In this document: positions 17,617 to 24,057 of the stretch, one piece after another
How the letters are laid out: each line of letters starts with the position of its first letter
Numbering within the stretch: position 1 is the first letter of the stretch
Origin: a virus
Lineage: Duplodnaviria > Caudoviricetes
Direction: 5' to 3' (one strand)
Virus record (IMG/VR): IMGVR_UViG_3300012940_000041
Span: 1 to 45,736 of that record
DNA length: 45,736 nucleotides
Program-made: the position numbers and the translations under genes
The notes under the pieces: generated by a model
Databases searched by the model: none
What the model saw: only the letters and a program-made list of their open reading frames with translations
What the model was told of the DNA's origin: nothing

Positions 17617-18840
17617 TCAGTGGAGGCATTGAGCCGCCCCTGAGTCGCTTCGGTGGGTTCCTGCTGCTGGCGGCATTACTGCACCGCTCACTTCACAGGC
17701 GAACCGGGCGTGCCCCGCCCTTAAAACATTGATCGCGCCAACCACGTCGGCGTTTTCCTCGAAGCCGCATTCCACGCACTCGAACTGGGCTTGTGTCTGG
17801 CGGTTGTCCGCTGACACATGGCCGCAGCACGGGCAGGTGCGGCTGGTGTTCTGCGGCGGCACGGCAATGAGCCGGCCGCCCGTCCATGCCAGCTTGTAGT
17901 CCAATTGGCGGCGGAACTCAAACCAGCCTTGATCGAGGATGGACTTGTTCAGGCCGGACTTAGCCCGAACGTTTTTCCCCGGCGTTTCGGTGCTGCCTGC
18001 CGCCGACCTGGACATGTTCCGAACCTGCAAGTCCTCGATACACACCATCGCGTGGTTTTGGCTGATCGCGGTCGAGGTCTTGTGTAGGAAGTCGCGGCGG
18101 GCGTTGCCGATACGGGAGTGAATGCGCTGGACTCGGGCTTTAGCCTTCTTCCAGTTGTTGCTGAATTTGGTTTTGCGGCTCATGGCCTGCTGCGCTTTGC
18201 GCAGGGCCGTTTCATGCTGCTTGAAGCTGTTGAGCGGCGCGTAGAACGTGCCGTCCGAGAGTGTGGCGAAGCGGATCACGCCCATGTCGATACCCACTGC
18301 TGTGGTGGCCTGCGGCACGGCCTGCTCAACTTCGCGCTCGGTCTGGATGCTTACGAACCACTTGCCGCCCGACAGGCTCACGGTAACGTTCTTGACCGTA
18401 CCCAGCACCTTCCGACTATTGCGGTAGCGCAGCCATCCCAGCTTTGGCAGGAAGATACGACTGTTGCCCTGATCGAGCTTGATCTGCTTCGGATCGGGGT
18501 AGCGGAAGCTGTCGCCTTGGCCCTTCTTCTTGAAGCGCGGGAAGTCCGCCCGCTTGGCGAAGAAGTTGCTGTAGGCCCGCTCCAGATCCTTGAGCGCCTG
18601 TTGCAAGGGATGGACCGGCGCATCGGCCAGCCAAGCCATTTCCGCGCTGTTGCGCCACTCGGTGAGTATCTTGCACAGCCCGGCGTAGCCGAGCTTTTTC
18701 TCGCCCTGCTCGTAGCGCTCTTTCTGCAACGCCAACGCCTTGTTGAACACGAACCGGCAGGAGCCAGCGAAACGGCGTATTTGCCGCTCTTGCTGGCCGT
18801 CTGGTCGCAGTTCGTATTTGAAGGCTTGGAGGCGTCGCAT
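17617..18840 (-). CDS. tnpB: RNA-guided endonuclease TnpB
   Basis: AFKYELRP HTH, RuvC GIDMG / IEDL / NADVVGA all intact, CPCC..CVEC zinc finger. Confidence 0.96.
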   Translation of the reverse strand: MRRLQAFKYELRPDGQQERQIRRFAGSCRFVFNKALALQKERYEQGEKKLGYAGLCKILTEWRNSAEMAWLADAPVHPLQQALKDLERAYSNFFAKRADFPRFKKKGQGDSFRYPDPKQIKLDQGNSRIFLPKLGWLRYRNSRKVLGTVKNVTVSLSGGKWFVSIQTEREVEQAVPQATTAVGIDMGVIRFATLSDGTFYAPLNSFKQHETALRKAQQAMSRKTKFSNNWKKAKARVQRIHSRIGNARRDFLHKTSTAISQNHAMVCIEDLQVRNMSRSAAGSTETPGKNVRAKSGLNKSILDQGWFEFRRQLDYKLAWTGGRLIAVPPQNTSRTCPCCGHVSADNRQTQAQFECVECGFEENADVVGAINVLRAGHARFACEVSGAVMPPAAGTHRSDSGAAQCLH

Positions 18841-18861
18841 GCGGATATTATAATTTGGCCT

Positions 18862-19275
18862 ATGAGCGACGACAACGATATTAGGCATGGACGGCACTGC
18901 GTTTTTAAGATGCATGTCCATTTGGTCTTTGTGGCGAAATATCGCCGCAGAGTGTTCGATGGCCCGGCCATTGATACCCTGCGCGGCATCTTCGCCAAGG
19001 TCTGCGCCGACTTCGAGGCTAGCCTGATCGAGATGGACGGCGAGGACGATCATGTTCATCTTCTGGTTGAGTATCCGCCGAAGGTGGCGGTGTCGAATCT
19101 GGTAAACAGCCTCAAGGGCGTATCCAGCCGCCTGCTGCGCAAGGAACGGCCCGACATCCAGAAACGCTACTGGAACGGGGTACTGTGGTCGCCGTCCTAC
19201 TTCGCCTCAAGCTGTGGTGGAGCGCCGATTTCCATCGTGCGCCAGTACATCGAACAGCAGCAGACTCCACACTGA
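18862..19275 (+). CDS. tnpA: IS200/IS605 Y1 transposase
   Basis: HLVFVAKYRR, DHVHLL (HUH), KGVSSR, WSPSYF, YIEQQ. Confidence 0.97.
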   Translation: MSDDNDIRHGRHCVFKMHVHLVFVAKYRRRVFDGPAIDTLRGIFAKVCADFEASLIEMDGEDDHVHLLVEYPPKVAVSNLVNSLKGVSSRLLRKERPDIQKRYWNGVLWSPSYFASSCGGAPISIVRQYIEQQQTPH

Positions 19276-19348
19276 AGCCCAAGGACGGCTACGCCGTCCG
19301 CGCTATCCTTCCCCGCCCTGAACGGCGGGGCTTGTCGCGCACCCGGTC

Positions 19349-19380
19349 AAAAAAGGGCGCTTCGGCGCCCTTTTTGTTTT
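19349..19380. terminator. Bidirectional terminator
   Basis: AAAAAAGGGCGC-TTCG-GCGCCCTTTTT. Confidence 0.8.
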
Positions 19381-19630
19381 AGTCGGGCAGTGCGAACAAC
19401 ACTTTAGCGGTCGAGCCGAAGCGGAACGCCTCGCCATCGCGTTGTGCGGCGCGCACTGCGCTGCGCACCAAGTCAACTTTGGTCACCGCCTCGCCGAACA
19501 GATCTTGTTTGCCGAGCTGTGAGCGTTGAGACTCCGGCAGCAGGCCGAACACGATTTCTGCGACCGCTTGCTCCGCTGCCGCAGCGGTGGACTTGTTCAG
19601 GGTGACGAGGTCGGATGCGATGACGTTCAT
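19379..19630 (-). CDS. Hypothetical protein (83 aa), candidate anti-defence factor
   Basis: GGAG RBS, own strong promoter and terminator. Confidence 0.7.
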   Translation of the reverse strand: MNVIASDLVTLNKSTAAAAEQAVAEIVFGLLPESQRSQLGKQDLFGEAVTKVDLVRSAVRAAQRDGEAFRFGSTAKVLFALPD

Positions 19631-19693
19631 GGTTTTCTCCACCCCTGATTACCGCGAGGTGCCGGTTGACCGTTGTGGTCTGTTGATGTGGTA

Positions 19694-19721
19694 ATTATAT
19701 GCGCATAATTTTAGATTGCAA
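19694..19721 (-). promoter_or_regulatory. Strong leftward promoter with palindromic operator TATGCGCATA
   Basis: TTGCAA-16-TATAAT; palindrome at 19698-19707. Confidence 0.75.
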
Positions 19722-19753
19722 GAACTATTTGATGTGGCGCTTGGAATTTTTTC

Positions 19754-19781
19754 TTGCCCGGAATATTCATTCCGCTATAAT
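19754..19781 (+). promoter_or_regulatory. Late promoter (PR'-like)
   Basis: TTGCCC-16-TATAAT followed closely by a terminator. Confidence 0.7.
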
Positions 19782-19812
19782 CATGATTTAGATACACGTC
19801 AAAATTGCGTCC

Positions 19813-19847
19813 AAAAAGCCCCGAACTCGAAAGAGCCGGGGCTTTTT
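19813..19847 (+). terminator. tR'-like terminator
   Basis: AAAAAGCCCCG...CGGGGCTTTTT. Confidence 0.75.
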
Positions 19848-20031
19848 GCTTTTGCAGTGCATCTGAAGGCCGGGCTTAGCGCGGATGGGGCCATCGGGCA
19901 GCGCGTAGCTTGGGGTTGGCGCCCCCTTAATCGGGTCAGTGAGCCTACGACAACGAGGAAAATTCGGAAACCAGCCGTAAAGCACAACGGCAGCGGGACG
20001 CTGTAACCCGCACCAATTCTCGGGAGGCCGC

Positions 20032-20256
20032 ATGGACAAAGACAGCATCCGCCGCCAGTTGCGCAGCTTCCCGGTAGACGGCTACCGCCTAAACGACAAG
20101 CAGTGGGCGATCATCCATCGCGGCCCGCCCGTGTACGAGACCGAGCTAAAGCCGGAAGACCACGAGCCGGGCGTCTGGAACGCCGTGTTGCTCGATCTGG
20201 AGCGGTGGCCGGACGCGAAGGAAGGAACGATGATAGGAGCCGGATCAGGTGGATAA
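20032..20256 (+). CDS. Hypothetical protein
   Basis: GGAGG RBS, 74 aa. Confidence 0.55.
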   Translation: MDKDSIRRQLRSFPVDGYRLNDKQWAIIHRGPPVYETELKPEDHEPGVWNAVLLDLERWPDAKEGTMIGAGSGG

Positions 20257-20644
20257 GCGACCGACAGCGTAGCGATTTGTGCAAATTTCTAGATCCGTCA
20301 ACCTTCTTTTTGTGCGGATCGCGGATTTTGTCAACCAACGCGGTATGAAGGCAGGTGGTTAGAGCGCCGCGACAAGCAAGCCGCCAGACGTAACTGGCGT
20401 GACTGCTGCGGGGTAGCCTCCTGCCTTGATAGCGTAGCGTGGGCTCTAGCCAGGCTGGGCGATGGTGCCTTTATCGGTTCGACTCCGACGACGCAAGCCC
20501 GCTATCAACCAAATGAATATGTCCCCCTCCTCTGTGCCCGATCATGTGTCGGTGTCTCAAGTGGGGGATCTCTCGTAATCTCCTTCCTCCCGTCTCCCTC
20601 GGGAGTTGCCCCGCTTCGGCGGGGTTTTTTATTTGAGGTCGCGC

Positions 20645-20980
20645 ATGGCACTTCTCGGGCACGAGATCGGCGAAGAGTTGTGCAAGGCGCTCGGCCTGCC
20701 GAAGTACACCCGGAGCTTCACGCTTCGGTGCGATGTGAATGAGCCTGTCACTGTCGAGTGCGAGTACTACCCGGAAGGCTCGCTCGAGACCGCACTGGCC
20801 GAGTTTGAGCTGGTACGCAAGGAAGCGCGTGCCGATCCGCCCAAGGTGGACTTCGACAGCTGGTACCGGGAGCGCCAAGATCGCGCACACCGGGAGTTCA
20901 TGGCGCGTGACGCCAAGCTGCGGGATGCCGACTATGCGATAGCCGTGCGTGATCACAGAGCGGCAGTTGGCCCGCTATGA
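20645..20980 (+). CDS. Hypothetical phage protein
   Basis: GAGG RBS; LCKALGLPK...VTVECEYY. Confidence 0.7.
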   Translation: MALLGHEIGEELCKALGLPKYTRSFTLRCDVNEPVTVECEYYPEGSLETALAEFELVRKEARADPPKVDFDSWYRERQDRAHREFMARDAKLRDADYAIAVRDHRAAVGPL

Positions 20981-21168
20981 CCACGACCGGCGAGATTATC
21001 GACGCTCTAGTTCGGATGGAGCGTGAAGGCGCCAGCGCACGAGAGCAGCAGCTCTACCGACAGAACTTGCAGGTGCTGGTCGAGATAGCCCGAGCGGAAG
21101 GCCGGCACCAGGCGCTGGTTGAGGTGCCGGAGGATGTGCGGCACTCGTATCGGTCTACGGTTCACTGA
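20977..21168 (+). CDS. Hypothetical protein
   Basis: Coupled on both sides. Confidence 0.6.
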   Translation: MTTTGEIIDALVRMEREGASAREQQLYRQNLQVLVEIARAEGRHQALVEVPEDVRHSYRSTVH

Positions 21169-21533
21169 TGCCAAAGCTCAAGACTATCAAGCCCCGATTG
21201 CAATCCGCGCCCATCCGTCTGGCGCAGGTCGCCCGGCCGGCTGGTACCGAGCGTATCCGCGGCAGCGCATTGCAGAAGATCAGGGACCGGATATTGCGGC
21301 GTGACTGCGGCGTGTGCCGGTGCGAGCAGTGCCTGCGCGAGGGCAGTGCACGGTTTGCGCATGAGATCGAGCACCGAGTCCCGCTGTGGGCCGGCGGTGC
21401 CGAGGATGACGACAACCGGTACGCAATCAACCGGGAGTGCCACGAGGCAAAGACTAAGTGCGAGGCGAGGATGCGGGCGGCCGGCGGGTACAACCCAGCG
21501 GCCTGCACTTGTGGCCGGCATCGGATTGAATAG
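21168..21533 (+). CDS. Terminase-associated HNH endonuclease
   Basis: ILRRDCGVC..C, EHRVPLWAGG.....N, CHEAKT; just upstream of terS. Confidence 0.88.
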   Translation: MPKLKTIKPRLQSAPIRLAQVARPAGTERIRGSALQKIRDRILRRDCGVCRCEQCLREGSARFAHEIEHRVPLWAGGAEDDDNRYAINRECHEAKTKCEARMRAAGGYNPAACTCGRHRIE

Positions 21534-21716
21534 CGGCTCCATGGCAATCGAGTTGTCGCGGGGGTCGGAAGACGCTGGCACAGCACAGATCGGCGCTCAT
21601 GTGGGCTCTTAGTGCGAGCGTGAGGGGGTATGGGGGTGAGATCCCTATCGATCCGAGCGACGGAAACCGCCCGGTACCTCACGCGCAGAAAATTTCCCCC
21701 TTGGAGGATTTGTTAA

Positions 21717-22193
21717 ATGGCTTTAACAGGCAAGAAGTTGAAGTTCGCCAAGGCCGTTTGCGCGGGGAAGTCGAACAAGCAGGCGGCCATCGAAGCCGGA
21801 TACAGCGCGGCAACGGCTGCGCAGGCGGGCTCCCGGCTGGCGAAGGATAAGGATGTCGTCGCTTACGTCGCAAAGAATCGCCAAGTGCCGGCCAAGACAG
21901 CCGAACCTGAAAAGCCGGATCAGGCGACTGAGGAAAAACGCCCAACGTTCGACCTGAGCAAGGCTCTGATGCACGCCGACCCGAAGAACTTCCTTCTGGC
22001 GGCGATGAATGACGACGCGCTCGACACCAAGCAGCGAATTGAGGCCGCAAAGGCCCTGATGCCGTTCATGCACAAAAGGCTGGGCGAGGGCGGCAAGAAG
22101 GAACAGAAGGACGCGGAGGCCAAGAAGGTTGCGGGACGGTTCACTCCTGCCGCGCCTCCCAAACTGGTTGCTGCCGGCGGTAAGAAGGTCTGA
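21717..22193 (+). CDS. terS: Terminase small subunit
   Basis: LT.KK.KFA...AAIEAGYS..TA...GSRL. Confidence 0.9.
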   Translation: MALTGKKLKFAKAVCAGKSNKQAAIEAGYSAATAAQAGSRLAKDKDVVAYVAKNRQVPAKTAEPEKPDQATEEKRPTFDLSKALMHADPKNFLLAAMNDDALDTKQRIEAAKALMPFMHKRLGEGGKKEQKDAEAKKVAGRFTPAAPPKLVAAGGKKV

Positions 22194-22195
22194 GC

Positions 22196-23875
22196 ATGGA
22201 ATGGACGACAGCCTGCCCTGATTGGGAAAGCAGGCTGATTGCGGGTCGGTCGATCATCCCGGCGCCGATCTTCCCCGATCAGGCCGAGCAGGCGCTGGCC
22301 ATCTTTAAGCAGTTGCGGGTGGTTGATCTACCAGGCAAGCCGACGTTCGGCGAGTGTAGCGAGCAGTGGGTCTTTGACTTCGTGGCTGCGATCTTCGGCG
22401 CCTACGATGCCGACACCGGCAAGCAGTTGATCCGGGAATTTTTCCTCCTGATTAGCAAGAAAAACACAAAATCGACCATCGCCGCTGGGATCATGCTGAC
22501 GGCTGTCATCCTGTGTTGGCGCGAGGAAGAGGAGCACCTGATCCTGGCGCCGACGAAGGAGGTGGCGGACAACTCGTTCAAGCCTGCGGCAGGTATGGTC
22601 CGGGCGGACGAGGAGTTGTCCGCATTGTTCCACGTGCAGGACCACGTCCGGACGATCACGCACCGCGTCTCGCGCGCGTCGCTCAAGGTAGTGGCGGCGG
22701 ACACTGACACGGTCTCCGGTAAGAAATCGGGCCGGATCCTGGTGGACGAGCACTGGCTGTTCGGCAAGAAGGCGAACGCCGAGGCCATGTTTATGGAGGC
22801 CGCCGGCGGGCAGGTGTCGCGCGAGGAAGGGTGGGTGATCTACCTGACCACACAGAGCGACGAGCCGCCGGCGGGGGTATTCAAGGACAAGCTCCAGTAC
22901 TACCGAGATGTGCGAGACGGGAAGATCCACGACCCCCGCTCGCTTGGCGTGCTGTACGAGTTTCCCCGGAAGCTGATCCAGTCGAAGGGTTACCTGGACG
23001 CCCGGAACTTCTACATCACGAACCCGAACATCGGCCGCTCGGTGAGCGCCGAGTGGCTGGAAGACCAGCTCCGCAAGGTGCAATCCAAGACGGACGGCAC
23101 GCTCCAGCAATTCCTGGCGAAGCACCTGAACGTCGAGATCGGGCTGAACCTCCGCTCCGATCGCTGGGCGGGTGCCGAATTCTGGGAGGCTGCAGCCGAT
23201 CCGGAGATCACGCTGGACTACATCCTGGAGCACTGCGAAGTAGTGGTTGTTGGTGTCGACGGCGGAGGCCTGGATGACCTGCTCGGTCTGAACGTGATTG
23301 GCCGCGAGCGCCTGACGCGCCGCTGGCTGACATGGAGCCACGCATGGGCCCACAAGATCGTCCTTGAGCGGCGCAAGGAGATTGCGGCTCAACTGCTGGA
23401 TTTTCAGAAGGACGGCGACTTGACGATCGTTGAGCAGCCTGGCGATGACGTGCGTGCGGTTGCCGACATCATCTGCCGCATCCGAGACAGCGGACTGCTT
23501 CCGGAAAAGCAGTCGATCGGAGTCGACGCAGCCGGCATCGGTGACATAGTTGACGAGCTTACTACCGAAGAGCGCGGGATCACCATGGATCAGATCGTGG
23601 CGGTATCCCAGGGCTGGCGGCTAAATGGCGCCGTGAAGACCGCGGAGCGAAAGGTGGCCGGCCGAGAACTTGTGCACGGCGGCCAGCCATTGATGGCGTG
23701 GTGTGTCGGCAATGCAAAGGTCGAAGACAAGGGCAATGCCGTAGCCATTACGAAGCAGGCATCCGGCAAGGCAAAAATTGACCCGCTGATGGCGATGTTT
23801 GACGCCGTGTTTCTGATGGCTCTGAACCCAGCCGCAATGATGATCGGTGACGACTACGAATTGGTGACTGCATGA
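22196..23875 (+). CDS. terL: Terminase large subunit (HK97/cos type)
   Basis: KKNTKST Walker A, LVDE Walker B, GVDGGGLDDL and KIDPLMA nuclease motifs. Confidence 0.95.
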   Translation: MEWTTACPDWESRLIAGRSIIPAPIFPDQAEQALAIFKQLRVVDLPGKPTFGECSEQWVFDFVAAIFGAYDADTGKQLIREFFLLISKKNTKSTIAAGIMLTAVILCWREEEEHLILAPTKEVADNSFKPAAGMVRADEELSALFHVQDHVRTITHRVSRASLKVVAADTDTVSGKKSGRILVDEHWLFGKKANAEAMFMEAAGGQVSREEGWVIYLTTQSDEPPAGVFKDKLQYYRDVRDGKIHDPRSLGVLYEFPRKLIQSKGYLDARNFYITNPNIGRSVSAEWLEDQLRKVQSKTDGTLQQFLAKHLNVEIGLNLRSDRWAGAEFWEAAADPEITLDYILEHCEVVVVGVDGGGLDDLLGLNVIGRERLTRRWLTWSHAWAHKIVLERRKEIAAQLLDFQKDGDLTIVEQPGDDVRAVADIICRIRDSGLLPEKQSIGVDAAGIGDIVDELTTEERGITMDQIVAVSQGWRLNGAVKTAERKVAGRELVHGGQPLMAWCVGNAKVEDKGNAVAITKQASGKAKIDPLMAMFDAVFLMALNPAAMMIGDDYELVTA

Positions 23876-24057
23876 ATATCAGAGTTTTCAATGTATGCCT
23901 GCTGCTCGGCTGGATCATGGTGCTGGCCGGTGGGGTGATGCTCAACCCTGGTTGGGGAGTCGCCTTTGCAGGCGGTTTGTTAATCGTCCTGACCCTCTCT
24001 GCTGCGTACATCGCAGGCTGGGAGCAGCCGAAGCGCAACAAGGAAGAGACTGACTGA
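23872..24057 (+). CDS. Small membrane protein
   Basis: Two TM helices between terL and portal, coupled. Confidence 0.7.
   Translation: MNIRVFNVCLLLGWIMVLAGGVMLNPGWGVAFAGGLLIVLTLSAAYIAGWEQPKRNKEETD

Larger units (their letters stand above)
17574..19345 (-). mobile_element. IS200/IS605 family element (IS605 group, divergent tnpA/tnpB)
   Basis: Subterminal hairpins at both ends; right end TCAA at 17574-17577; left end follows TTGAC (19346-19350, minus strand). Confidence 0.9.

Noticed and set aside
18118-18861. N-terminal extensions of the tnpA (385 aa) and tnpB (480 aa) ORFs
   Set aside because: Each overlaps the other gene antisense; family motifs begin at 18862 and 18840
20432-20495. Functional phage tRNA
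   Set aside because: No canonical D or anticodon arms and too short
22452-22476. Non-canonical terminase Walker A (KKNTKST) as a sign of inactivation
   Set aside because: The catalytic Lys-Ser/Thr and the other motifs are intact; more likely a subfamily variant
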